NCBI GenBank assembly: GCA_963801225.1
Contig: CAWDED010000001.1
Coordinates: 150,371 to 214,370, forward strand
Length of the DNA: 64,000 nt
Source: an uncultured Alphaproteobacteria bacterium
Lineage (GTDB): Bacteria > Pseudomonadota > Alphaproteobacteria > Rhizobiales > Afifellaceae
Direction: 5' to 3'
A program made the translations under genes and the position numbers. Shown in pieces: positions 1 through 10,700 of the stretch. The first letter of the stretch is position 1. Every line of letters begins with the position of its first letter. The notes under the pieces were generated by a model that was not told the DNA's origin, made no database searches, and worked only from the letters and a program-made list of their open reading frames with translations.

Positions 1-568
1 CTGCGGCGTCAAGGTGGAGATCCTCGGCTTCACCACGCGCGCCTGGAAGGGCGGCCAGTCGCGCGAGGAATGGCTGCGCGCCGGCAAGCCCCCGCGCCCC
101 GGCCGGCTCAACGACCTGCGCCACATCATCTACAAGTCCGCCGACGCGCCGTGGCGGCGCGTGCGCCGCAACCTCGCGCTGATGATGCGCGAGGGCCTGC
201 TGAAGGAGAACATCGACGGCGAGGCGCTCGACTGGGCGCACAAGCGGCTGATGGCGCGGCCCGAGCAGCGCAAGATCCTCATGGTGATCTCCGACGGCGC
301 GCCGGTCGACGACGCGACGCTCTCCGTCAACAGCGGCAATTATCTGGAGCGGCACCTGCGCTTCATGATCGAGCAGATCGAGCAGCGCTCGCCGGTGGAG
401 CTGATCGCCATCGGCATCGGCCACGACGTGACGCGCTATTACAGCCGCGCCGTCACCATCGTCGACGCGGAGGAGCTGGCCGGCGCCATGACGGAGAAGC
501 TCGCCGAGCTTTTCGACGAGAAGCCGGCCGAGCCGGTGCGAAGGGGCCGCAGAAGGCGCGCGGCTTGA
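1..568 (+). CDS. cobT: cobaltochelatase subunit CobT, C-terminal part (5' end upstream of window)
   Basis: The ORF is open to the window edge (codons phased from nt 2). It has a vWA-type C-terminal domain with the blocks [33 protein letters not shown] and [12 protein letters not shown], typical of aerobic-pathway CobT. Stop TGA at 566-568. Confidence 0.8.
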   Translation, partial: CGVKVEILGFTTRAWKGGQSREEWLRAGKPPRPGRLNDLRHIIYKSADAPWRRVRRNLALMMREGLLKENIDGEALDWAHKRLMARPEQRKILMVISDGAPVDDATLSVNSGNYLERHLRFMIEQIEQRSPVELIAIGIGHDVTRYYSRAVTIVDAEELAGAMTEKLAELFDEKPAEPVRRGRRRRAA

Positions 569-1533
569 GGCGCGCTTTCCTGCTCGCACCGCTGGCGGGG
601 CTTTTCGCCGTTGCCGCCGCCTGCGCGGAGCCGATCTCCGTCACCACCCAGCCGATCGAGAGCTTCGCGCCGGCCGGCAGCGACTCCGAAGCCAAGCTGC
701 AGTTCCTCGGCGGCATCGTCGTCAACGCCGAGGACAACCGCTTCGGCGGGCTCTCCGGTATCGATCTTCTCGACGACGAGCACGCCATCATGGTGAGCGA
801 CCGCGGCTCCGTCGTCCGCGCGCGGCTGGTGCGCGAGAACGGGCGACTGACGGGCCTGGCGGACGTGGAGATCGACCCGCTGTTTCCCGACGGCGCGACG
901 GGGAAAACCTTCGGCGACCTCGAAGACATCGCGCTCGACCCGCGCGACAGGACGAAGGGCACGATCGTGCGCGAGCGGCAGGCGAATGCCATGCTGGACT
1001 TCGCTCTCAAGGACGGGCGCATCGCCGATCTCAAGCCGCAGCGCGTCGGAGCGCCCGACAATATCCTGCGCTCCAACACCGGGCTGGAGAGCGTGACCTA
1101 TGCGCCGGCCGACTCACCGCTCGCCGGCGAGATCGTCACGCTCGCCGAGCGCGCCCGCGCCAGCACCAACGGCATTGGCGGCTGGATAGCCGGTGTCGGG
1201 CAGTTCTCCATCGTGCCGCACGACGAGTTCGACATCTCCAGCGCGCGTTTCCTTCCGGACGGCGATCTCCTGCTGCTGGAGCGCCGCTTCAAGATGACGT
1301 CCGGCATCGCCATGCGGCTGAGGCGCATCGCCGGCGACACGATCGCCGTCGGCGCGCAGCTCGACGGCCCCATCCTGCTCGATGCCGGCATGGCGAGCCA
1401 GATCGACAACATGGAAGGGCTCGCCGTGCACCGGGACGCGGACGGCCGCACGATCCTCACGCTCGTCTCCGACGACAATTTCAACATCCTGCAGCGGACG
1501 CTGATCCTGGAGTTTGCGCTGGTCGAGGACTGA
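565..1533 (+). CDS. secreted esterase-like-activity-of-phytase family protein
   Basis: TTG at 565 overlaps the cobT stop (TTGA). The N-terminus [21 protein letters not shown] looks like a signal peptide. Blocks [26 protein letters not shown] and LVSDDNFN are present. The upstream part of track ORF 70-1533 is only the alternate frame of cobT. Confidence 0.6.
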   Translation: MRRAFLLAPLAGLFAVAAACAEPISVTTQPIESFAPAGSDSEAKLQFLGGIVVNAEDNRFGGLSGIDLLDDEHAIMVSDRGSVVRARLVRENGRLTGLADVEIDPLFPDGATGKTFGDLEDIALDPRDRTKGTIVRERQANAMLDFALKDGRIADLKPQRVGAPDNILRSNTGLESVTYAPADSPLAGEIVTLAERARASTNGIGGWIAGVGQFSIVPHDEFDISSARFLPDGDLLLLERRFKMTSGIAMRLRRIAGDTIAVGAQLDGPILLDAGMASQIDNMEGLAVHRDADGRTILTLVSDDNFNILQRTLILEFALVED

Positions 1534-1663
1534 GCGCAGCCCGGCCGTTCCCGCGGCAGAAACCAGGAAATCACCAGCGTTTCTCCAGGCGGCCTGCAAG
1601 CGCCGCACGCCGGATTTGCGCAAAACATCGCCCTACGATCCCACAGCTCGCAGGAGTTGGACG

Positions 1664-1837
1664 ATGCCCCACGATCCATCCATCCGCCGCCGTCGCGACG
1701 GCTCGATCGATTACGATTTCTACGCCGAGCGCGCGCGTGACGAACGCAACGTCGTGATCGGGCGCAAGGTCAGACAGGTGGGAAGACGGATCGAATCCGT
1801 GTTTCTCGGCCGCAACCGCACGATGCGCGGTTTGTGA
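1664..1837 (+). CDS. small hypothetical protein (57 aa)
   Basis: ATG at 1664 is preceded by CAGGAG 8 nt upstream. Product is MPHDPSIRRRRDGSIDYDFYAERARDERN... I recognise no family. Confidence 0.4.
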   Translation: MPHDPSIRRRRDGSIDYDFYAERARDERNVVIGRKVRQVGRRIESVFLGRNRTMRGL

Positions 1838-1840
1838 TGC

Positions 1841-2245
1841 CTACGTGGTAGCCGGCCGGATCAGATCCCAGCGGTTGCCGTAGAGGTCTTCGAACACCGC
1901 CACCGTGCCGTAGGGCTCTTCACGCGGCTCCTCGACAAACTTCACGCCGCGCGCCGCGAGCAGGCGATGGTGGCGCCAAAAATCGTCGGTCTGCAGGAAG
2001 AGGAAGACGCGCCCGCCGGTCTGGTCGCCGATCCGCGCCTCTTGCTGAGGCGTGGTGGCCCGGGCGAGGAGCAGAGCCATCCCGCCGGAAGGCGGCGCGA
2101 CGAGCACCCAGCGCTTTCCGTTGCCGAGCGGCGTGTCTTCGATCGCCTCGAAGCCGAGCACGCCGGTGTAATATTCCTTGGCCTCGTCGTAATCACGGAC
2201 CAGGACCGTGATGCAGGCAAGGCGGCAGCGCGGAAGGCTCGCCAT
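1841..2245 (-). CDS. VOC (glyoxalase/bleomycin-resistance/dioxygenase) family protein
   Basis: 134-aa product from the internal ATG at 2245 (MASLPRCRLACITVLVRDYDEAKEYYTGVLGFE...FEDLYGNRWDLI). Size and beta-alpha-beta-beta-beta-type motifs fit the VOC family. The ATG sits in a TGATG stop/start overlap context. Confidence 0.75.
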   Translation of the reverse strand: MASLPRCRLACITVLVRDYDEAKEYYTGVLGFEAIEDTPLGNGKRWVLVAPPSGGMALLLARATTPQQEARIGDQTGGRVFLFLQTDDFWRHHRLLAARGVKFVEEPREEPYGTVAVFEDLYGNRWDLIRPATT

Positions 2246-2894
2246 CAGCAGCCGAGTCTCGGCGACCGCCTTCGCCACGGCGCGGCCGAGCGCTTCGTGC
2301 GCGTCGAGATCGAGGTGGATGCCGTCGAAGGCACTCGTCTTCACAATGTCGCCGGCGTTGAGGAAGGCGGCGCCGTGCTCGCGCGCCACAGCTTCGTAGG
2401 CCGGCGCCAGACGCAGCGACTTCTCGTAACCGCCAGCGAACATGTCGACGAAATCCGGGCGCTCGCCATGCTCGGACAGGATGGGCGCGGGACACACGAC
2501 CAGCATCTTCGGCGCGCCGCCCTCCGGCCCGCACTCCGATTGCCTGACGATCTTCAGAAGCGTCCCCACGCCGCCTGCGATGTCGCCGGGCGAGACGCTG
2601 AAGCGCATCTTCAGATCGTTGGTGCCGAGGGCCACGATCACCGCGTCGAGCGGCCGATGCGTCCACAGGCACGGCATGAGATAGGCCGACCCGTCGCGCC
2701 AGCGGCCTTCGATCGGGTCTTCGTGGGCGGTGGTGCGGCCGCCGAGGCCCTCTTCGATGACCGTCCAGTCCGCACCAAGCGCGGCGTCTCAGCACGCCGG
2801 GCCAGCGCTCGTGCGGCGCGTAGCGGCCGCTCGGCCGTGCCACGGTGGCCGTGCCCCAGGTGTTGGAATTGCCGTAGCAGAGAACGGTCTTCAT
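2246..2894 (-). CDS. SGNH/GDSL hydrolase (arylesterase-like), frameshifted as assembled
   Basis: N-terminus MKTVLCYGNSNTWG...ERWPGVL is in one frame. DWTVIEEGLGGRTTAHEDPIEGR...VIVALGTNDLK...DGIHLD continues in another. A 1-nt insertion near 2789 joins them. As assembled there is no in-frame stop before the VOC ATG. Confidence 0.7.
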
Positions 2895-3007
2895 GATCTG
2901 GCATCCAAAACGAAGGTCGAGGCTTCGCACGCCGCACTTTGGATGAAGAACCCCTCAGCGGCTAGATGTAGGCTGGCTCGTCACGGGGCACAGGCATCGG
3001 GCAGGAC

Positions 3008-4411
3008 ATGGACGCGATCTGGAAACTGAATGCCGGCGAGATCGGCACGCGGGTACGAAACGGTGAGCTGAGCGCGCGCGAGGTCGCCGAGAGCGCGCTG
3101 GCGCGCATCGACGCGGTCAACCCCGCCATCAACGCGGTCGTCGACGTGTGCGCGGAGGAGGCGCTCGCCAAGGCCGCCGAGGTCGATGCGGCGCGGGCGG
3201 CGGGGCGTGATCCCGGCCCGCTGGCAGGAGTGCCGGTCGTCATCAAGGTCAATGTCGACCAGCGCGGGCACGCCACGACCAACGGGCTGCGCACGCAGAA
3301 GAACCTGATCGCCGAGCACGACAGCCCGGTGGTGGCCAATCTCCGGGACGCCGGGGCGGTGATCGTGGGGCGCACGAACACGCCGGCCTTCTCGCTGCGC
3401 TGGTTCACCCGCAACAGCCTGCACGGCCACACGCTCAATCCGCACGATCCGACGCGCACGCCGGGCGGGTCGTCGGGCGGCAGCGGCGCGGCCATCGCCG
3501 CGGGGCTCGCGGCGATCGGGCACGGCACCGACATCGCCGGCTCGATCCGCTATCCCGCCTATGCCTGCGGGATACATGGCCTGCGCCCAAGCCTCGGCCG
3601 CGTGCCGGCGGTCAACCGCTCAGGCCCCGACCGTCACATCGGGGCGCAGCTGATGGCGGTCTCCGGGCCGCTGGCGCGCAGCATCGCCGACCTGCGCCTG
3701 GCGTTCGAGGCGATGGCCCGTCCGGCCGCAGGCGATCCTTGGCAGGTGCCGGCGCCGCTGGTGGGCGAGCCGCGACCCAAGACGGTGGCGCTGACCATCG
3801 CGCCCGACGGGCTGGCGGTTGAGGCGAGCGTGGCGGGCGCACTGCGCGATGCTGCCGCGCGCCTCGCCGATGCCGGCTGGCAGGTGGAGGACGTGGCGTG
3901 CCCGCCCATGCGGCCGGCGGCCGAGGTCAACCTCACGCTCTGGATGTCGGAGCTGCGCCGCTCGCACCTGGCGCCGTTGCGGGCCGAAGACGACCCGGAC
4001 GCCAACCGTGTCGCCGCGTTCCTGCTTGCACGTGCGCCCGACGGCGGCTTCGACGGGCTCATGGATGCGCTGCAGCAGCGCCTGACGCTGATGCGGGACT
4101 GGGATGAGTTCCTCGACCGCTACGCGATCGTCCTCTGCCCGGTCTCGGCCGAGGCGCCGTTTCCCGACCTGCTCGACATTGTGTCGGCGGAGGCCTTCGA
4201 GCGCGTAATCAATGCGCAGCTGCCGATGACCGCGCTGCCGGTCCTGGGTGTGCCGGCGATGACCGTCACCACCGGCATCGCAGACGGCATGCCGATCGGC
4301 GTGCAACTGGTGGCGGCGCGCTATCGCGAGGATCTGCTGTTCGAGGCGGGCGAAGCGATCGCCTCGCGAGGCGAGGCTATCCTTCCGATCGATCCGGTCG
4401 TGCCCGCCTGA
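3008..4411 (+). CDS. amidase (amidase-signature family)
   Basis: Intact 467-aa ORF. It has the AS-family core GGSSGGSGAAIAAG plus HGTDIAGSIRYPA. Confidence 0.85.
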   Translation: MDAIWKLNAGEIGTRVRNGELSAREVAESALARIDAVNPAINAVVDVCAEEALAKAAEVDAARAAGRDPGPLAGVPVVIKVNVDQRGHATTNGLRTQKNLIAEHDSPVVANLRDAGAVIVGRTNTPAFSLRWFTRNSLHGHTLNPHDPTRTPGGSSGGSGAAIAAGLAAIGHGTDIAGSIRYPAYACGIHGLRPSLGRVPAVNRSGPDRHIGAQLMAVSGPLARSIADLRLAFEAMARPAAGDPWQVPAPLVGEPRPKTVALTIAPDGLAVEASVAGALRDAAARLADAGWQVEDVACPPMRPAAEVNLTLWMSELRRSHLAPLRAEDDPDANRVAAFLLARAPDGGFDGLMDALQQRLTLMRDWDEFLDRYAIVLCPVSAEAPFPDLLDIVSAEAFERVINAQLPMTALPVLGVPAMTVTTGIADGMPIGVQLVAARYREDLLFEAGEAIASRGEAILPIDPVVPA

Positions 4412-4418
4412 CGCGCGT

Positions 4419-5075
4419 TCAGCTCGTCGCGTGGCGCGGCGGCAGGAAGATGCCGATGATGACGCGGTAGGGAATGAGCGCGAAGGCCGCCATCAGGAGC
4501 TTGACGGAGAAATCGCCGAGCGCCCAGGAGAGCCAGCGCGGCACGTCGAGCGGATAGAGGCCGAGGAGCGGCGCGCTCGAGGTGGCGAAATCGTCATTGG
4601 CGCCGAGCATGACGAAAAGCGGCGCAAAGGCGAGCGAGAAGAAGATGAGCGTATCGACCGCCGAGCTGATGAGGCTGGAGAAGGACGGCGCCATCCACCA
4701 CACGCGCTCGCGCAGGCGATTGAAGATGAAGATGTCGAGGAGCTGCGCTGCCAGGAAGGCGCTTCCCGAGGCGATTGCGATGCGCGGCGTCGCGAACCAC
4801 ACCGACAGGACCAGTGCCAGCGCAAAGCCGCAATAGACGACGCGGCGCGCAACGCGCGGTCCGAGCAGCCGGTTGGTGGAGTCGGTGACGAGGAACGCCA
4901 GCGGATAGCTGAACGCGCCCCACGTCAGAAGGTCGGCGAGATCGAGCCGGCCGAGCCTGAAGGCGAAGGGGTGCTGCACGAGCACGTTGGAGAGCACCAC
5001 GACGGCCGCCATCGAGGCGACCGCCACGGCGATCCCGAGGATCGTGCTCCGGCTGGTGCTGCTTACGCCCGCCAA
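4419..5075 (-). CDS. yhhQ: queuosine-precursor transporter, YhhQ/DUF165 (VUT) family
   Basis: Polytopic membrane protein with the blocks FSYPLAFLVTDSTNRLLG, AFLAAQLLDIFIFNRLR and SSAVDTLIFF. It lies 6 nt downstream of rpmB. The start is TTG at 5075, or ATG at 5012. Confidence 0.7.
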   Translation of the reverse strand: MAGVSSTSRSTILGIAVAVASMAAVVVLSNVLVQHPFAFRLGRLDLADLLTWGAFSYPLAFLVTDSTNRLLGPRVARRVVYCGFALALVLSVWFATPRIAIASGSAFLAAQLLDIFIFNRLRERVWWMAPSFSSLISSAVDTLIFFSLAFAPLFVMLGANDDFATSSAPLLGLYPLDVPRWLSWALGDFSVKLLMAAFALIPYRVIIGIFLPPRHATS

Positions 5076-5080
5076 GGCGG

Positions 5081-5392
5081 TCAGGCGGCGGCGGGCTGCT
5101 CGGCCTCGCCTTCGGCGAGCTTGGCGAGCACGTCCTTGCGCAGCTTGCGGGCGCGGTCGGAAAGCTCGTCCTCACGCGCCTTCACCAGGAAGGCGTCGAG
5201 GCCCCCGCGGTGCTCGACGCTCCGCAGCGCCGCCACGGAGATCCTGAGCCGCACGGTGCGCTGAAGCGCGTCGCTCATCAGCGACACGTTCTTCAGGTTC
5301 GGCAGGAACCGCCGCTTCGACTTGTTGTTGGCGTGGCTCACATTGTTGCCGACGAGCACGGCCTTGCCGGTCAGTTCGCAACGGCGCGCCAT
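5081..5392 (-). CDS. rpmB: 50S ribosomal protein L28
   Basis: [33 protein letters not shown] starts at ATG 5392. The track ORF 5081-5506 carries a spurious N-terminal extension. Confidence 0.95.
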   Translation of the reverse strand: MARRCELTGKAVLVGNNVSHANNKSKRRFLPNLKNVSLMSDALQRTVRLRISVAALRSVEHRGGLDAFLVKAREDELSDRARKLRKDVLAKLAEGEAEQPAAA

Positions 5393-5612
5393 GATGGATA
5401 CCTCTTCTGTCCTATGGCCGGCCAAACGGCCCTGCCGCGCTCGAAAACCGCACGGCGGCCTATGCCGACCCGTCAAATCCGGAAGCGCATCCCTATAGGG
5501 TCGCACGGTCAGGTGGTCAAGGCGGGAAGCCGCCGCAATCGCCCCAAACGCCGCAGTTTCGACCCAATGCGTTCATAGCCAGTTCAGGCCCCCGCAACCA
5601 TACCGGCTCCCC

Positions 5613-6410
5613 ATGAAAACCAGCCTTTTCTGCCTGGCATCGCTTGCCGCCGCCCTCCTCCTGGCCTCGGGCGGCGGGGACGCGGCGGCGGCCCGCGCGC
5701 TCCGGGTCGATTATTCCGTCAGCATCCGGGGCTTCCCGGTCGGACAGGCGAAGCTGCGGGGAAGCGTCTCCGATGGGCAGTACACCCTCACGCTCGAGGG
5801 CCGGGTCTCGGGGCTCGCGCGGCTCTTCTCCGACGTGAAGGCCAAGGCGCACGCGGACGGCACCATCGGCGAAGACCGGCCGCTCGGCCAGGATTACGTG
5901 CACGAATGGATCGAGGACGGCGAGACCGAGACCGTCGCCATGCACTATAGCGGGCGCGGCGTCGACCGGATCGACCTCGACCCGCCGATCGAGCGGCCGG
6001 AGCGCTTCGTTCCCATGACGGCGAAGCAGAAGGCCGATGCCATCGACATGGTGAGCGCCTTCCTGTGGCTGGCCGCCGCCGGCGCGTCGCCGGCCGCCTG
6101 CGACCGCACGCTGCCGCTGATCGACGGCAAGCGCCGCTTCGACATCGATTTCGCCTTCGCCCGCATGGACTCCTTCGTCGTGCGCCGCGACGCGCGCCGC
6201 CACCGCGCGGTCGTCTGCTCCATCCGCTACCGGCCGATCGCCGGGCATCGCATCGACAAGAAGGACGACAACGGCTTCCTGCGGGAGGGCGGCGACATGG
6301 AAGTGTGGCTGGCCGATGCGGGCGACGGCATCCTGCTGCCCATCAGGGTGCTCCTCCAGAGCAAGCTCGGCCCCGCGGTGCTCGAAGCGACCCGCTTCGA
6401 GACGGAGTGA
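5613..6410 (+). CDS. DUF3108 domain-containing secreted protein
   Basis: Signal peptide MKTSLFCLASLAAALLLASG. The body is beta-rich (YSVSIRGFPVGQAKL..., DGKRRFDIDFAF, MEVWLADAGDGILLPIRV), consistent with DUF3108. Confidence 0.65.
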   Translation: MKTSLFCLASLAAALLLASGGGDAAAARALRVDYSVSIRGFPVGQAKLRGSVSDGQYTLTLEGRVSGLARLFSDVKAKAHADGTIGEDRPLGQDYVHEWIEDGETETVAMHYSGRGVDRIDLDPPIERPERFVPMTAKQKADAIDMVSAFLWLAAAGASPAACDRTLPLIDGKRRFDIDFAFARMDSFVVRRDARRHRAVVCSIRYRPIAGHRIDKKDDNGFLREGGDMEVWLADAGDGILLPIRVLLQSKLGPAVLEATRFETE

Positions 6411-6888
6411 GGTTCCGTGCCGCCCTGGCACAGTCTTCCTAAGCGACGACGATGGGGTCGGGGCAAGAGCGCCCTCCCCTCTGCGCGGCACCGGTCCCAG
6501 CCCCACAAGATGTTGTGGGAACAGATGACGAAAGGGCGGAAAGCGCTGATTCGTCGATGCTTTGTTCCGAGATCGGTCCGATCGTGAACGCCGGGAGCAG
6601 CGGCGCCAGGGCGAGATTTACGGTTTGATCATTTCCGGCGTCGGAAGGGCGGCCTTGCGGGTTGCATGCAGGGCCGCCTGCACGACATGCGGAAAAATCG
6701 ATATTCCCCCGAGTCGCTGATTCGCCCCGGCTTTGTTCCAGGCCCGTTCCACCGGTAAACCCTACCGGTTTCTTGGTCGTGTCTCAGTTTGAAAACCAAG
6801 CGCTAAACATCGGCCAGTCCCGCCCGTCGTTTCCGACCGACCGTTTCACGGCAGGGAGGGGCCCGGGGTGGAACCGGGCCCCCGCCTC

Positions 6889-7395
6889 CTATTTGCAGCT
6901 CAGATCGAAAGTGTAAGTCGAGTCCATCCCCTTCGGCTCGTATTTGACGGTCCCATGGGCGCCAGCATAGGCGTCGAGCCCGCCAATAATCGTCGAGCCA
7001 AGGGACGTGTCCGGCTTGGGTCTCTGCCCCCCGTCCTTGAAATTTGTGAAGCCGTTGGTGATGACATCGATGGCGGTGAACAGGACGCCATCGTCAAAGA
7101 GGTAGATGATTTCCATTGACCGCGGCCCAGGCCCCCCGTCCACGTTGCCCTCGTGGATCGTGGCGGTCAGATACGACACCCCGATCTTCTTTCCCTGAGC
7201 GTCCAGCACCGTGACGCGACCGAACCGCTTGTCGCCCTCGTTGACGATGCCGTCGCTGTTAACGTCGGCGTAGGCGACCTCTCGCGCGTCGGCATTGGAA
7301 TAAGCCGTGAACGGCTCACAGGCCGCCCAGGCGCTAGCGTTGGGCACCATGGCAACCAAGGCCAAGGCGGCCATCATAGGCCAAGCGTTACACAT
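6889..7395 (-). CDS. secreted hypothetical protein (~168 aa)
   Basis: ATG at 7395 lies 9 nt after GAGGAG. Signal peptide MCNAWPMMAALALVAMVPNASAWA. The mature part is beta-rich with Cys near both ends. The locus is lower in G+C and flanked by ~0.4-0.5 kb of non-coding DNA on each side. Confidence 0.55.
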   Translation of the reverse strand: MCNAWPMMAALALVAMVPNASAWAACEPFTAYSNADAREVAYADVNSDGIVNEGDKRFGRVTVLDAQGKKIGVSYLTATIHEGNVDGGPGPRSMEIIYLFDDGVLFTAIDVITNGFTNFKDGGQRPKPDTSLGSTIIGGLDAYAGAHGTVKYEPKGMDSTYTFDLSCK

Positions 7396-7792
7396 CACAT
7401 TCACCTCCTCATTAGCTCAGTGGCAGCGCGTTATAGCCGACCAGCGAGACATTTCGATTGCTAGCCCATATCAAACCGGCTCGACGCACTGCTCGTTACA
7501 CAACCCCGGATAGCAAGATGGGGTTGTTGGACACAGCAAGTCGCGTCTGCTGCAGGGCCTGCGGGCGACTTGGCGCCCGTCGCCGGACTGGGCCGAAGGG
7601 CAGAGTCTCAGCATCTCCCCCGTCCCGTCGCCGCCTATGTGAGCGGCCAAGGCGCTCGCACGGCGCCTGGCCGGCGGCTTCCTGCCCGCCGACACAGACG
7701 AAAGACCGGATTTTTTCACACTTTGGCCGGCAAGGCGTGGTAACCAGCCGCAATCTCCCAGGCATTGGCGTCAGAAGAATTCCGATTCACAC

Positions 7793-10700
7793 ATGAACGC
7801 ACCCGCACGCACCAGGCGCTGGAGCGCCCGGAACGTCACGGCCGTACTCGGACCGACCAACACCGGCAAGACGCATCTGGCGATCGAGCGCATGCTCGGT
7901 CACGAGAGCGGCGTCATCGGCCTGCCGCTTCGGCTGCTGGCGCGCGAGGTCTACGCGCGCGTGGCGGCGCGTGCCGGCGAGGACCAGGTGGCGCTGGTGA
8001 CGGGCGAGGAGAAGATCGTCCCGGCGCATCCGCGCTACTGGGTCTCCACCGTGGAGGCGATGCCGCGCGAGACCGACGCCGCCTTCGTCGCCATCGACGA
8101 GGTGCAGATCGCCGCCGACCTGGAGCGCGGGCACGTCTTCACCGACCGCATCCTGAATCTGCGCGGCAGCCAGGAGACGCTGCTTCTCGGCGCCGCCACC
8201 ATGCGCGGCATCATCGAGCAGCTGCTGCCGGGCGTGCATGTGGTGACGCGCCCGCGCATGTCGGTGCTCTCCTATTCGGGGCAGAAGAAGCTGACGCGGC
8301 TGCCGGAGCGCTCGGCGATCGTCGCCTTCTCCGCCGACGAGGTCTACGCGGTGGGCGAGCTGATCCGCCGCCAGCGCGGCGGGGCCGCGGTGGTGCTGGG
8401 GGCGCTCAGCCCGCGCACGCGCAACAAGCAGGTGGAGATCTACCAGTCCGGCGACGTCGACTTCCTGGTGGCCACCGACGCCATCGGGATGGGCCTCAAC
8501 CTCGACCTCGATCACGTCGCCTTCGCCTCCAACCGCAAATATGACGGCTACCAGTTCCGCGAGCTCACCGCCGCCGAGCTCGGCCAGATCGCCGGGCGCG
8601 CCGGCCGCCACATGCATGACGGCACCTTCGGGGTGACGGGCCGCGTCGACCCCCTCCCCGACCCGCTGGTGGAGGCGCTGGAGACGCACCGCTTCGAGCC
8701 GGTGCGCACCATCCAGTGGCGCAGCGACACGCTCGACTTCTCCTCGCTCGCGGCGCTCAAGGCGAGCCTCGACGAGACGCCGCAGACGGAGGGCCTGACG
8801 CGGGCGCAGCCGGCGCAGGACCAGCAGGCGCTGGAGGCGCTGGCGGGCGACGAGGAGGTGGCGGACCGGGTGCGCGGCCCGGCCGAGGTGCGCCGCCTGT
8901 GGGACGTGTCGCAGCTTCCCGATTACCGCAAGATATCGCCTGCCCAGCATGCGCAGCTGATCGGCGAGATCTTCCGCTTCGTGAGCGACGGCGGCGTGGT
9001 TCCCGACGACTGGATCGCCGAGCGGATCAAGCAGGCCAACCGCACCGACGGCGACATCGACACGCTGTCGGCGCGCATCGCCCATATCCGCACCTGGGCC
9101 TTCGTCGCCAACCAGGCCGACTGGCTGGCCGAGCCGTCCGTCTGGCGCGAGGAAACCAAGGCGGTGGAGGACGAGTTGTCCGACGCGCTGCACGAGCGGT
9201 TGACCAAGCGCTTCATCGACCGGCGCACCAGCGTGCTCATGCGCCGGCTCAGGGAGAACTCCGTCTTGGATGCAGAAATCACGCCGAGCGGCGACGTGAT
9301 GGTCGAAGGCCATCAGGTCGGCGTCCTGCAAGGCTTCCGCTTCACGCCCGACCCGCAGGCCGGCGGCGCCGAGGCGCAGACGCTGCGCGGCGCCGCGCAG
9401 AAGGCGCTCGCCGCAGCGCTCACCGACCGCGCCGCGCGGCTGGCGCGCGTCGCCCGACAGCGAGATCGTGCTGTCGATCGACGGGCATCTGCGCTGGCAG
9501 GGCGAGCCGGTGGCCCGCCTCATCGCGAGCGAAGACACGCTGAAGCCGCGCCTGGTGCTGCTCGCCGACGAGCCCTTGAACGGCGCGCCGCGCGACGCGG
9601 TGGAGGCGCGGCTGAACGCCTGGCTCAACAACCACATCGGCACGCTGCTGAAGCCGCTCGTCGACCTCAGCGCCGACCAGGCGCTGTCCGGCATGGCGCG
9701 CGGCATCGCCTTCCAGCTGGTGGAGAATCTCGGCGTGCTGGAGCGCCGCGCCGTGCTTTCGGAGGTGCGCGGGCTCGACCAGGACGCCCGCGCCGGCCTG
9801 CGCCGCCACGGCGTCCGCTTCGGCGCCTACCACATCTACATCCCGGCGCTGCTGAAGCCGGGGCCGAGCACGCTGGTGGCGCAGCTCTGGGCGCTGAAGA
9901 GCCGCGCGCTCGACATGCCGGGCCTTGCCGAGCTTGCGGCGGTCTCCGGATCGGGCCGCACCTCCGCCGTCGCCGACCCGGGCTTCGAGGCGGACCTCTA
10001 CCGGCGCTTCGGCTTCCGCATCTATGGCGGCCGCGCCATCCGCATCGACATCCTGGAGCGGCTCGCCGATCTCATCCGCCCGGCGCTGGGCTGGAGGCCG
10101 GCTGCCGAGAGCGAGAAGCCGGCGGGCGCGTTCGACGAGGGCGGCGGCTTCGTGGTCACGCCCGCCATGACATCGCTGCTCGGCGCCTCGGGCGACGACA
10201 TGGCGGTGGTGCTCAAGGGTCTCGGCTACCGCTCCGAGAAGCGGCCGAAGCCGGCCGAGCCGGCCGCTGCGGCGCCAAGCCCCGAGGTGGAGGCGCAGTC
10301 CGAGGCCGCGCCGCAGGACGCGGCGCCCCCGTCGGAGCCCGGCGAGCCCGTGCCGGAGCCGGCTCCCGTCGAGGAGCCGCCGGTAGTCGAGCCGGAAATC
10401 CAGCCGCCGTCCGAGCCGCCGGTCGAGGAGCCTCCCGCGGAGTCCCCCCAGCGGAGCCACCCGCGGAAGAGCCGCCCGTCGAAGAGCCGACGGTCGAGCC
10501 GCAGGCGTCGGAGGCGCCGGTCGAGGCGCAGGGCGAGCCGCAGCCGGTTGCCGCCGCCGTCGACGGCGACGCGGTAGCAGAAGAAGCCGCGGCGGAGCCT
10601 GCTCCCGAAGCGTCCGCCGAGCCGGAGACGATCGAGGTCTGGCGCCTGGCATCGCAGCAGCCACGGCGTCCCCCGCGCCACCGCCGCGCGGGCGGCGAAC

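Noticed and set aside
7787-9706. 639-aa minus-strand ORF antisense to the helicase; similar cases are 5517-6506(-), 25465-26469(-), 35113-36702(-), 40497-41663(+) and 61566-63344(-)
   Set aside because: The products are Arg/Ala/Gly/Pro-rich and low-complexity with no motifs. They lie exactly opposite genes with strong family signatures. Long antisense ORFs are expected in DNA of roughly two-thirds G+C.
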